From positions 1 through 64,000 of the IMG/VR virus record IMGVR_UViG_3300032061_000001: a DNA stretch of 64,000 nt; one strand, given 5' to 3'. The position numbers and the translations under genes are program-made. Origin of the DNA: a virus. This document shows, in pieces, positions 9,728-18,898 of the stretch. The notes under the pieces are model-generated. The model was not told where the DNA came from and did not search any database. It saw nothing but the letters and a program-made list of their open reading frames with translations. How positions within the stretch are numbered: position 1 is the first letter of the stretch; each line of letters opens with the position of its first letter.

Positions 9728-9977
9728 CTTTAATCCATCCTAAATAACCATTCACATTGATTGAAAGATCTCCATTTTTGAGATACTTCCTCGTAGCTTG
9801 ATTGTATATTCGATTGTGAACAATTTTACCAATGATCCTATTGCTTAATATACTACTTTTCGAATATAGACCGACACTGCAAAAGAAACCAAATTGAGAT
9901 TTATTATCTACCATATATTCAACTTGAATTGAATACCAGAATCTTCTTCCTGTTTTAAGGCATAGCCATCTGATCAT
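9717..9977 (-). CDS. hypothetical protein
   Basis: Co-oriented ORF. Confidence 0.45.
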   Translation of the reverse strand: MIRWLCLKTGRRFWYSIQVEYMVDNKSQFGFFCSVGLYSKSSILSNRIIGKIVHNRIYNQATRKYLKNGDLSINVNGYLGWIKDGK

Positions 9978-9979
9978 AT

Positions 9980-11065
9980 TTATCCTTTAATTTGTAGATA
10001 AGCCTGTTCCCTATCGCATTGGTAATTGACGTCTTCAATCAGCTGGGGAATCTTAAATTCCATCAACCGTTTTACACCCGGGATAATCACATCAACCAAA
10101 ACATCTACATTCTTCGTTATTTCTAGTGTTGTTTGGAAGTTTTTTGCCATGCGATCCGATAGTTCTTGTGCATTTTTCAGATCCTGGATCTCTTTTTCTT
10201 TCTTTGAGAGATACCCATTAGTACCGGTATACTCATCCAGCAATTTGTTTATATCGGACTTTTGCATGGATATTCTATGGAAGCTTTTATTAAGTTCAAT
10301 GATGGCATTTGTTATTTTTTCTTTAATTGCAGTCGTATCCCCGAATAAATGCTCATATTGTCTAAGCTTTTCCAGATCATCGTTGTGAAGTCTGATCTGT
10401 TTTTCGATGCGATCTTTGGTAGAATCGAGACGCGAATTGATCTTCTTGATGGTTTCGGTATATGCAGTTTTGAGGTAAAGGAGTTTGTCTGATTCGGTAA
10501 TCATCTTATTATTTTTTTTGTTGAAATGTTCTTTTATGGTCCGTATCGATATCCAAGTTACCCATCCTAAAAAAATGGACAAACTAATAGGGAATAATAA
10601 ATACGAAACGATACCTTCCATATATTTTAATGCAACAAACATGGCGACCGGAGAAATTGCTAATACGGATATATCATCATAGCTGATGTTTATTTGGAAT
10701 GACTTTGATTTCTTCAGCCATTTCTCATATGACTCTTTTATTTTTGATTCAATGCCGGCTGCATCTGAACATTCCATGATGAGTTCATCAAATGATTCGA
10801 TTTGATTTTCCATTTTTAATTTGGGTTGTTTATCGTCCAATGAATAATGTGTTCCATACGAAGAAAATCCTCTATATTTCCCATTAGATTTTACAATCGT
10901 TTCCTCCGAACTTTTTAGGCCATATGAATAATTACATAAGTTATTGTCATATGGACTACGCGTTTTACACCAACAATGCTCACAATCATAAATAGACCGC
11001 GAGCATGAATGACATGATGCATGGTAAATAACTTCTTGACGCGGATATCCATTATTATAAGCCAT
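9980..11065 (-). CDS. membrane protein with Cys-rich N-terminus, 2 TM and long coiled coil
   Basis: CHSC..CEHCWC, hydrophobic pair, heptad-rich C-terminus; RBS AAAAGGAG. Confidence 0.65.
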   Translation of the reverse strand: MAYNNGYPRQEVIYHASCHSCSRSIYDCEHCWCKTRSPYDNNLCNYSYGLKSSEETIVKSNGKYRGFSSYGTHYSLDDKQPKLKMENQIESFDELIMECSDAAGIESKIKESYEKWLKKSKSFQINISYDDISVLAISPVAMFVALKYMEGIVSYLLFPISLSIFLGWVTWISIRTIKEHFNKKNNKMITESDKLLYLKTAYTETIKKINSRLDSTKDRIEKQIRLHNDDLEKLRQYEHLFGDTTAIKEKITNAIIELNKSFHRISMQKSDINKLLDEYTGTNGYLSKKEKEIQDLKNAQELSDRMAKNFQTTLEITKNVDVLVDVIIPGVKRLMEFKIPQLIEDVNYQCDREQAYLQIKG

Positions 11066-11094
11066 TTATTTACTCCTTTTAATCGTTTCTCTTT

Positions 11095-11123
11095 TTTATA
11101 CTTTATTAACTTATAGCTGTCAA
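11095..11123 (-). promoter_or_regulatory. sigma70 promoter with shared operator-like spacer
   Basis: TTGACA-gctataagttaataaag-TATAAA (17 nt spacer). Confidence 0.7.
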
Positions 11124-11212
11124 TCTTTTTCTTCTCTTAAAAATATAAATTAAAAATGGCATCAATTAAGACTGCAAGATAACTATTTATAGCTTCCTAT
11201 GGGTTTATTGAT

Positions 11213-11260
11213 GAAATCTAATTATTAGCTAATAGTTAGCCAATAATAAACTAATTATTA
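11213..11260. repeat. 11-bp period repeat array (TATTAGCTAAT-like)
   Basis: tattagctaat/agttagccaat/aataaactaat; related to the array at 21323-21380. Confidence 0.65.
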
Positions 11261-11379
11261 AAATATGATCTTGACTATCTTAGCCGCGCCGTCATTAGCA
11301 TTGCGTCGTTAGATCAATTTACTTTTCTTCTACTTCGAACCTATAAAAGCTTTTAATATAACTAGATTTCCTTTTCCGC

Positions 11380-11408
11380 TTGATATTCTTTTGCAATATC
11401 TTTACGAT
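11380..11408 (+). promoter_or_regulatory. sigma70 promoter overlapped by palindrome GATATT-N7-AATATC
   Basis: TTGATA-17nt-TACGAT upstream of an AGGAG RBS and ATG 11439. Confidence 0.6.
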
Positions 11409-11438
11409 AATATCTAAACAACCTAAATAGGAGACAAA

Positions 11439-12182
11439 ATGAGCATATTTAAACGATTTATGGCATGGTTTAGAAATGAAACTAAGGTTGCGCAGCTTGA
11501 AACTAAACTAATCAATTTGCAAACGAAAACAAATGAGGATTATGCGGTATTTCATAAAAAAGTTAATTCTTTGGAAATGGATCTGGAAGAAAAAATCAAG
11601 GCTACCAAAAAGGCTGGAGAAAATACGGATCATGGAATTGACATTTGGACAAAAGAATTCAGGAAAGAATTCGAAAAACTAAGAGAGCGGATTGGTAAAA
11701 ATGAACTTATGCATGTCGAAGTCAATAAGAGCGCCCAAGATACATATGCTCGTTCGATGGCATCAATAACGGCTCAAGTATCTTCTTTTTCTCAATATGC
11801 GCTGGAATTAATAGAGCGAATAGTTAGCGCTAAATATTCACCGGTTTCCGAACAACAGGCAAATCTTGAATTTGGGAAGGAAGACGATAAAGCGGATTAT
11901 GGGGAAGTTGATGCATTTTTAGATGAATTAGCCAACGCAGAAGATGATGATACTCCCCCTATGTTTAGAATTAAAATAAACGGTGAACAGAACACTTGGA
12001 TCGGTAAAAAGATATTCTACGATGACATCGTTCAAAATGTTTTCGGACCTTCCTGGGAACAAAACAACGTTAAATACTCAGTATTCTGGAAGGATGCAAA
12101 GAAAGCACATAGTAGCGAGATCTTTAAGGGAGAATCAGTAAGCGTGAAAGATGGTCTTGAATTTTTCGTGTTGCTGAGATAG
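11439..12182 (+). CDS. coiled-coil protein with C-terminal multi-ubiquitin (beta-grasp, Multi_ubiq-like) domain
   Basis: aa 175-247 FRIKINGEQ..IFYDDIVQNVF..VKYSVFWK..EIFKGESVSVKDGLEFFV match the bacterial multiubiquitin pattern. Confidence 0.75.
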   Translation: MSIFKRFMAWFRNETKVAQLETKLINLQTKTNEDYAVFHKKVNSLEMDLEEKIKATKKAGENTDHGIDIWTKEFRKEFEKLRERIGKNELMHVEVNKSAQDTYARSMASITAQVSSFSQYALELIERIVSAKYSPVSEQQANLEFGKEDDKADYGEVDAFLDELANAEDDDTPPMFRIKINGEQNTWIGKKIFYDDIVQNVFGPSWEQNNVKYSVFWKDAKKAHSSEIFKGESVSVKDGLEFFVLLR

Positions 12183-12222
12183 TAACTGGCGGCTAAGATG
12201 TTTAATATCTTGTGGAGGGAAT

Positions 12223-12579
12223 ATGGCAGACGTTAAAAGCATCGCTCTGGTGATCTTGAGAAAAAGAAGAATGGACGTTAATACTGATACCATTGATGAG
12301 ATGATTACCGAACTTGAATCATGCATGAAAGGAAGGAAGGTGCAGATCCTTTTGATCCTGGAGAAAGAAATCAGGTTGACAGCTCAAGAGTTGGCCAATG
12401 CAATGAAGATTCTTGATACTAACCTGGCTGTTTTAACCAACCGTCTAAAAAGGAATCTATTGATCGATAAATATGATGAATCGGATTTCAAATCAGGGGA
12501 TGACCCGATTAATTTGAAACCGATTTATCATTCAATTACCGATCTCGGAAGGCAGCTGATCACCGATTTAGGGAAATAG
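12223..12579 (+). CDS. winged-helix (MarR-like) DNA-binding protein
   Basis: LTAQELANAM..LAVLTNRLKRNLLIDK..SITDLGRQL. Confidence 0.7.
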   Translation: MADVKSIALVILRKRRMDVNTDTIDEMITELESCMKGRKVQILLILEKEIRLTAQELANAMKILDTNLAVLTNRLKRNLLIDKYDESDFKSGDDPINLKPIYHSITDLGRQLITDLGK

Positions 12580-12584
12580 ACGCC

Positions 12585-12893
12585 TTATTTTACGATAACC
12601 TTCTTTATCTCTTCTTTGGAGAATTTCCTTATTTCATCCGGGGTTGGTAGATGAATATAGAATGACTGTTTTGGGGCTATTTTTTCAACCTTCTCGGAAA
12701 GCATATCAATTTGGGATTGGAGATCCGCTTTGGATTTAATTTCTTCAAGCTCCGGTTTCGTCCCAAAATGAAATGCTTTTACCTCATTACCCAATACTTC
12801 CTGAGTGTTCATCACATTCTCAATTTGTTTCAGATAGTCCGCCATTGGTGTGAATTCACCGAATGTACCATTTCTAAACTCTGTCATTCCCAT
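12585..12893 (-). CDS. hypothetical protein
   Basis: ORF with AGGAGG RBS. Confidence 0.55.
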   Translation of the reverse strand: MGMTEFRNGTFGEFTPMADYLKQIENVMNTQEVLGNEVKAFHFGTKPELEEIKSKADLQSQIDMLSEKVEKIAPKQSFYIHLPTPDEIRKFSKEEIKKVIVK

Positions 12894-12903
12894 CTTTTCC
12901 TCC

Positions 12904-13218
12904 TTATTGGAATTTTGAACGGACGAGCGCTATTGTTTTTTCCAGTTCTCTTATGATTACTTCTTTTGAAGTTGTTGTGAATCCACCTTTTGTTATTCTA
13001 ATACCAGATTTTTGATGTTTTATTTCTATTTCTGAAATATAAATATCATCCGAATGATCCCGGCAATTATGACATAACCAGTTATCGTTTTGATGGGTCG
13101 ATTTTACTACCGTCCTACAGTTTTTACATTGTATTTCATAGCTCAATTCTTTGCTATTCATTTCCGTCTCCTTTTTAGTATCCAAATGGACCTCCTTTTT
13201 TACCTCTGCCCCGGCCAT
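12904..13218 (-). CDS. Zn-ribbon hypothetical protein (true start probably MNSKEL)
   Basis: CKNC..CHNC. Confidence 0.5.
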   Translation of the reverse strand: MAGAEVKKEVHLDTKKETEMNSKELSYEIQCKNCRTVVKSTHQNDNWLCHNCRDHSDDIYISEIEIKHQKSGIRITKGGFTTTSKEVIIRELEKTIALVRSKFQ

Positions 13219-13912
13219 TTAAAAAATCTTTCATAAGGTCATTAAAGGAAGAGGCATTACCCCTTCCAAATGGATCATATCTATTCAGACCGCCAAGATT
13301 TGGCCATGAATCATCTTTGGGTTTTTCTTTTTCTGCGGGATAATCTTTCTTGATAACGTCAAATGCTTTCTTATGAACCAGCAATTCTAATTCGAGCTGC
13401 TGAAGAGATGTGCTTGATAGTTTTGTTTTAAGCTCTTTTATTTCATCATCGATCGCAAGTTCGAGGTGAACCATTCCCTTTCTTACCTTTTTCTGTTTTA
13501 TCGAATACAATTCTTTGATTCTGGAATTGATATTCTTTATTCGATTCTGCTCTTTTTCTTTCTCGAATTCCAGCTTCTCGATAACATCTCCTAAAGCATC
13601 TTTGGCAATGCAAAACATTTCGTCTACATTACACCTTGTCTTCAGAATTCCTCTGAAAACCTCATTCACTTTGGCATGTGCTCGTTGATCAATATTGACA
13701 TTCGAAGCGATCCCGGTTTCGTCATAAAATGCTCTTTTCTTAGCATCTCCAAGAATCGAATAGGCTTCATTGATAGCTGCCTGTCTTTGTTCGGAATCCT
13801 TTTCCAGGGATTTATCCGGATGGTTTTCTTTGGAAAGAATTCGATAAGCCTTTTTGATCTCTTCTTGGCTTGCCGTTTCTTCTACCCCTAAAGTTTGGTA
13901 ATATGGTTTCAT
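13175..13912 (-). CDS. J-domain (DnaJ-like) co-chaperone
   Basis: YYQTLGV..EIKKAYRILSKENHPDK..INEAYSILGD..RAFYD. Confidence 0.9.
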   Translation of the reverse strand: MKPYYQTLGVEETASQEEIKKAYRILSKENHPDKSLEKDSEQRQAAINEAYSILGDAKKRAFYDETGIASNVNIDQRAHAKVNEVFRGILKTRCNVDEMFCIAKDALGDVIEKLEFEKEKEQNRIKNINSRIKELYSIKQKKVRKGMVHLELAIDDEIKELKTKLSSTSLQQLELELLVHKKAFDVIKKDYPAEKEKPKDDSWPNLGGLNRYDPFGRGNASSFNDLMKDFLNGRGRGKKGGPFGY

Positions 13913-14262
13913 TGAAGCTCTCTCCTCTTACCCACTATTTCTTTTGCCATCTGTCTTGCCCCGCTTAAAACGATTATATGAAAAAGATACGCTCCTCCAA
14001 GCCAAAAATAGCTATTATAAATGAACGAAAAAACAACCCCGATATCAAATGAGATATCAAACCAATTTGGCACAGTAGGATTAATTAACTTATCCGCTAT
14101 CGATTCAATAAAAGATTTTCTGAGAAAAAAAATTGATGTGGCCGCCGTAAACCATCCTATGAACAATGCTACATTCAGATATCCATCTATCTTTTCCCAT
14201 AAGCCATAATAAATCGAAACGGCAAATATGCCATTAAGTAAAAAATATCTAAGCGTTTTCAT
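13909..14262 (-). CDS. membrane protein
   Basis: Several hydrophobic helices. Confidence 0.55.
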   Translation of the reverse strand: MKTLRYFLLNGIFAVSIYYGLWEKIDGYLNVALFIGWFTAATSIFFLRKSFIESIADKLINPTVPNWFDISFDIGVVFSFIYNSYFWLGGAYLFHIIVLSGARQMAKEIVGKRRELQ

Positions 14263-14478
14263 TCGTCCCCTTTTTAACTGTTAAATTGGTACCACTTTAT
14301 AACGTATGAAGGTTGCCGTTATCAGATAACCAAAGGCAATGGAATAGATTATCTCATTATCATCCGGCATTCTCATGATTTTGCCCTTTCTTGTTATAAC
14401 GATGGTCAAGATAAAGAAAGTGAAAGTGACCCAATAGAAATATATTAAGAATAAAGTTCTCAATCGGATCCTCTTTAG

Positions 14479-14949
14479 CTAATAGCCCTTTGAAGATTGA
14501 ATGGATGGGAATGTTGATCCCCAAAGTTGGTCCGATACTTCCGCAACCGGTTTCCAAAGTTTGGTATGATAGGCGAACGTCTCCGGTCCTAGAACATCGT
14601 TTTCATATTCGGCAACGAAACAATCCACCAGATAATTCCATCTCGCGAAGAAAAATCCTTTGCCATTATGCAGCCCGACGACAATTTCCATTAAAATGGA
14701 TACTTCTTTATTGTCTGGATCCTGGAATTCTTTCCCGGGCTGTTCGTCTTTCAATAATTTCCATGGGCCTTGGATCTTTAGTTTTGATGCTGCGCATTGA
14801 CATTGATTCCATCCGCCATAAAGGATTTCATCGGCTGCTCGTTTGCACATGAAATCAGCTGCATTTGCTTTTTTCATTCTTTCTTCTTCTCGTTTTGCGG
14901 CTTCTTCAACACCTTTGCAGGTACATTTCAGTTTTGGTTCTTTTGCCAT
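14479..14949 (-). CDS. hypothetical protein
   Basis: Co-oriented ORF. Confidence 0.5.
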   Translation of the reverse strand: MAKEPKLKCTCKGVEEAAKREEERMKKANAADFMCKRAADEILYGGWNQCQCAASKLKIQGPWKLLKDEQPGKEFQDPDNKEVSILMEIVVGLHNGKGFFFARWNYLVDCFVAEYENDVLGPETFAYHTKLWKPVAEVSDQLWGSTFPSIQSSKGY

Positions 14950-14952
14950 TGT

Positions 14953-15267
14953 TTATCCTTGGATTGAGAGTTCGATTCGTGCTTGTTCATTAGCCTCAGC
15001 CAGTTCAGATTTCTTATTAGCAATATGAGCTTTGATCACCGATTCAGCCAAGGAAGGATTCACTTTGAATAATCTATGCCCATTATCGCCCATTGGAATT
15101 CCAAATTCAAAGTCCTTCCTTCTCCCGAATGCATCCGACAATGATGGAGCGTTTTTATCAATGCCGTTCTTCTTCTTTATCTCTTGAAGTTCATTCAAAA
15201 GATTTTCTGCTGTTTCGATTTCTCGATATGCATTCCAAATCTTTGCGGCCGTGTCTCTTGTAATCAT
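14953..15267 (-). CDS. conserved hypothetical phage protein
   Basis: IWNAYREIE..DAFGRRK..HRLFKV..LAESVIKAHIA. Confidence 0.6.
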   Translation of the reverse strand: MITRDTAAKIWNAYREIETAENLLNELQEIKKKNGIDKNAPSLSDAFGRRKDFEFGIPMGDNGHRLFKVNPSLAESVIKAHIANKKSELAEANEQARIELSIQG

Positions 15268-15938
15268 TCCATCTCCTTTAATGTGTTTTTAAAATTTTCA
15301 ATCTCTTCATCGAGCAAAAGAGCGATCGTGTAGTCGGGAAAATATGCACAATTCCCACTATTGGTATCAACAAAGTTATCCAAAGCTTCTTGCAGTTTAT
15401 CAATTCCGTCAACCTTCCAATCATGCTCAGTACCCAATCTATCTATATCATTTTCATAGATTGCCCATGCATCCTTTGGTTTGATGTATGGCTCAAATTT
15501 GGTAGCCCACACATATTTTGGATATGAATCAAAATCATTTCCGAATTCTTCAAATTGTTCATCGAGATAATCCGATATCTCCGCTTGATAATTGTCTCCA
15601 TCGAAGAATTGGTCTCCTTCCCAATCTGAGAATTTTATCTTCTTGGCTTTCTCAAATCTGGATTTATTATGCCCTAATTCTATCCAATTCCAGACCCGCC
15701 TTTGTTCATCCTCTGTAAAATAAGCATGGTGGCCAGTGACATAAAATCCAGATAGCCCACAGAATAAATTCCCGGTTTTCTTACATCTCAACAACTGTTT
15801 TGACTCGTTTCCGATATTCCTAACTATTACCGGACTCCCATCCTCAAAGAATAGAAAATCATATTGATCTGCCATCCTCTGTTTTAATGTTTCCTGAAGA
15901 TCTTCCGGGATACCGGGTATTTTGAATTCTTTATCCAT
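15264..15938 (-). CDS. hypothetical protein
   Basis: ORF with AAGGAGACG RBS. Confidence 0.55.
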   Translation of the reverse strand: MDKEFKIPGIPEDLQETLKQRMADQYDFLFFEDGSPVIVRNIGNESKQLLRCKKTGNLFCGLSGFYVTGHHAYFTEDEQRRVWNWIELGHNKSRFEKAKKIKFSDWEGDQFFDGDNYQAEISDYLDEQFEEFGNDFDSYPKYVWATKFEPYIKPKDAWAIYENDIDRLGTEHDWKVDGIDKLQEALDNFVDTNSGNCAYFPDYTIALLLDEEIENFKNTLKEME

Positions 15939-15950
15939 TTATCGTCTCCT

Positions 15951-16136
15951 TTATTTGTAGAATGTTTTAAAACCGGATCCTTTCCAAGTTTTTTGATTAT
16001 GCCTCATAGGGCCGATGAGTTTTATTTCTGCTTTTTCGAGATCTTCCTTATCAATCTTCGTTACTTTACCTCCTGCTTTAAAATATTCTTCTTTTGCTTT
16101 TTGGATTTCTTCGTTAGTCAAGGTTAACCTCATCAA
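15951..16136 (-). CDS. small SutA-like putative RNA-polymerase-binding protein (start possibly TTG 16121)
   Basis: AKEEYFKAGGKVTKI resembles the SutA EEFLxRGGKV motif. Confidence 0.5.
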   Translation of the reverse strand: MMRLTLTNEEIQKAKEEYFKAGGKVTKIDKEDLEKAEIKLIGPMRHNQKTWKGSGFKTFYK

Positions 16137-17331
16137 ATATTGTCACTTGGTTTAGCGTATGCTCTACCCGGTTGATTGTCATATCCAAATATTTTGGATT
16201 GATATCAATACCAATATAATTTCTCCCCAATTCCCGGGCGACAAGTCCGGTTGTTCCGGATCCGTTAAATGGATCCAAAACAATATCCCTTTCCCGGGTA
16301 CTCGCTTTGATGCAAATTTTTGGTAATTCCGGTGGAAAAGTTGCAAAATGCGCTTCTTTAAATGGTTTGGATGATATTCCCCATACATCCGGTATTGTCT
16401 TCAGATATTCATCAAGCAGATCCGGATATGCAGTCGATAACCATTGAATTAGGGAATTATGATCTTCGACTGTCCAAACCGATCGCTTGTTTCTGGTACC
16501 TGAATATTTGATATCTTCCCTGTCTTCTCTATGTTGTTTTGGTGATCCTGGTTTTCCTTCCTCGGCCGTCTTTCTACTAAAAGAATAAGCTGAATTATTA
16601 TATCTTCCTTCTTTTTTATCGTGTCCCCCAGGTCCCGAATCCCACCCGGCCGGTATTTTTTTTATGCGGGGCCTATTTCTTTCATCGGCATCAGAGCCAT
16701 ATCCAAAACCGACGCCGGTGCCTCTATTTTGATTATCAATCATCCATTGGGCTTGCTCTTTGATCGCTTCACTATCGAAATAATATTTTGCTTTTTTTGT
16801 CAGAAGAAAAATATACTCGTGTGACTTCGTGCAACGATCCTTTACTGATTCAGGCATTGGCGATGGTTTTGACCAAATGATATCTTGCCTTAGATAATAA
16901 CCTGATTCTTGGAGGGCGAACGCAATTCTCCACGGGATCCCGAGAAGTTCTTTTCTTTTCATTCCTAGTTTACCTGGTGTTCGATATGAATTTCCGGCGC
17001 ATCCTTTGTTCGTTTTGTTTTTACCGGAAAGTTTATCACCACCATTATTACTGGAATACGTATCTCCGAGATTCATCCAAACCACTCCGTCATCTCTTAA
17101 TACCCGGGAAACTTCATTGAAAATATCAACCATTTTCAGGACATAATCATGAAAATGCTTTTCTAGACCGATTTGACCTTTCACTCCATAATCTCTCAAT
17201 CCCCAATAAGGTGGAGAAGTAACGACGCACTGGACAGATCCGGAATCAAGCGTCTTTAATCCTTCGAGTGCATCAGCCAAAATTAATCTGAATCCATTGT
17301 TTGAATAATAATCAGTCAAAATTGACCTCAT
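16114..17331 (-). CDS. orphan DNA methyltransferase (N4-C/N6-A, beta class)
   Basis: TSPPYW before DPFNGSGTT; start revised to ATG 17331 or TTG 17319. Confidence 0.9.
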   Translation of the reverse strand: MRSILTDYYSNNGFRLILADALEGLKTLDSGSVQCVVTSPPYWGLRDYGVKGQIGLEKHFHDYVLKMVDIFNEVSRVLRDDGVVWMNLGDTYSSNNGGDKLSGKNKTNKGCAGNSYRTPGKLGMKRKELLGIPWRIAFALQESGYYLRQDIIWSKPSPMPESVKDRCTKSHEYIFLLTKKAKYYFDSEAIKEQAQWMIDNQNRGTGVGFGYGSDADERNRPRIKKIPAGWDSGPGGHDKKEGRYNNSAYSFSRKTAEEGKPGSPKQHREDREDIKYSGTRNKRSVWTVEDHNSLIQWLSTAYPDLLDEYLKTIPDVWGISSKPFKEAHFATFPPELPKICIKASTRERDIVLDPFNGSGTTGLVARELGRNYIGIDINPKYLDMTINRVEHTLNQVTIFDEVNLD

Positions 17332-17515
17332 CTTCAAGATTATAATCAAAATCACCATCAATATCTTCACGATACCCTTGTTCACAATATTTACAATCAC
17401 AATCCTTCTCATGATAATCCTCAATATCATTACTACCACAATAGGGGCAAAGATCCGATCTGAAGCTCCAGATTGAGGAACAATCGCTGCAAACTTTTTT
17501 ATGGGTATAGGGCAT
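17312..17515 (-). CDS. small Cys-rich Zn-ribbon protein
   Basis: CSDC..CPYC..CDCKYC; strong RBS. Confidence 0.6.
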   Translation of the reverse strand: MPYTHKKVCSDCSSIWSFRSDLCPYCGSNDIEDYHEKDCDCKYCEQGYREDIDGDFDYNLEDEVNFD

Positions 17516-17529
17516 GGTTCGTCTCCTTT

Positions 17530-18894
17530 TTAAGGTCTTTGTGGTGGTTCCAGTTTTGAAAGACTGGCGAATTTTGTATATTTCCCGGAAAATGCAAGTT
17601 CAATCATTCCAAGAGGTCCATTACGATGTTTACCGATGATGATTTCAGCTGTACCTTTTTTGTCGGTATCCGGATTGTAAATCTCATCTCGATAGATAAA
17701 TAGAATAAGGTCCGCATCTTGTTCGATCGACCCAGATTCTCTTAAATCAGAAAGCCTTGGGCGTTTGTCAGTCCTATTTTCAAGTTGCCGGTTCAGTTGA
17801 GAAAGAGCAATTACAGGAACTTTTAATTCCTTCGCCAACTGCTTTGCTCCTCTTGATATTTCACTTATTTCTTGTTCCCTATTTCCAGCCTTTGATCCAC
17901 CTTTCATTAATTGTAAATAATCGATGACGATAATAGAAACGCCATGTTGGAATTCCCGATTCAATTTTTTTGATATAGCTCTTACTTCGGCAATGGATAA
18001 GGGGTCATCGTTTATATAGATAGGTGCTACTGACAATCTGTCCGTTGCCCCTGCAAGTCCATCCCAATCATCGTGATCAAAATTACCAGATCTGAATTTT
18101 TTTGAATCTACTCTTGATTCAGATGTTAACATGCGAACGGTAACTTGTTCTGTTGACATTTCCATACTGAAAATTAAAACGGCTCCTCTGAAATCAGATC
18201 GTGTTGCCACATAAGTGCCAATATTGAGTGACAAAGCTGTTTTCCCCATAGATGGCCTAGCAGCAATTATGATCAAATCTGAAGGTTGAAGTCCGGACGT
18301 AATTCTGTCCAGATCCATATATCCAGTAGGGATCCCGGTAATCTCACTTTTGTTTTTTGATATCTCTTCCAGCCTGTCGAATGTTCTAATGCAAGCATCC
18401 TTCATTACGACATAATCTTTTTTGACAGCCTTATTTCTTATCTGGAACAGTTTTTCATCGGCCTCATTTAGTAATTCTGCGATGCTCTGTTCTGGATCCC
18501 TTCCTTTTCTGCTAATGTCAGCTGCAGTTGTAATTAAATCCCTTAAAAGTCCGTCCTCCTGGATTATTCTTGCATAAAAAACAATATTGCCTGCAACCGG
18601 AGAACAATCGGTTAATTCTGCAAGATATGCATACCCACCAATCTCCTCTAACTTTCCATATTCATTCAATTTATCACCGAGCAATATCTCGTCTATCGGA
18701 CTTGATATTGCTTCCAGTTCAAGCACTGCCCGATAAATATGCTTATGACCTTCAGTATGAAAGTCTGAAATATTGAGAATTCCGATTATATCATTTAGTA
18801 AACTATTTTCCGTTATTATGGCACCTAACACGGCTTGTTCTGCCTCGAAGTCGTGAGGTATTGTCATTACAGACTTATTTTCTTTAATCGTCAT
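17530..18894 (-). CDS. dnaB: replicative DNA helicase
   Basis: PHDFEAEQAVLG, AARPSMGKT, IDYLQL, LSQLNR, DLRESGSIEQDAD, KHRNGP. Confidence 0.97.
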   Translation of the reverse strand: MTIKENKSVMTIPHDFEAEQAVLGAIITENSLLNDIIGILNISDFHTEGHKHIYRAVLELEAISSPIDEILLGDKLNEYGKLEEIGGYAYLAELTDCSPVAGNIVFYARIIQEDGLLRDLITTAADISRKGRDPEQSIAELLNEADEKLFQIRNKAVKKDYVVMKDACIRTFDRLEEISKNKSEITGIPTGYMDLDRITSGLQPSDLIIIAARPSMGKTALSLNIGTYVATRSDFRGAVLIFSMEMSTEQVTVRMLTSESRVDSKKFRSGNFDHDDWDGLAGATDRLSVAPIYINDDPLSIAEVRAISKKLNREFQHGVSIIVIDYLQLMKGGSKAGNREQEISEISRGAKQLAKELKVPVIALSQLNRQLENRTDKRPRLSDLRESGSIEQDADLILFIYRDEIYNPDTDKKGTAEIIIGKHRNGPLGMIELAFSGKYTKFASLSKLEPPQRP

Positions 18895-18898
18895 ATTG

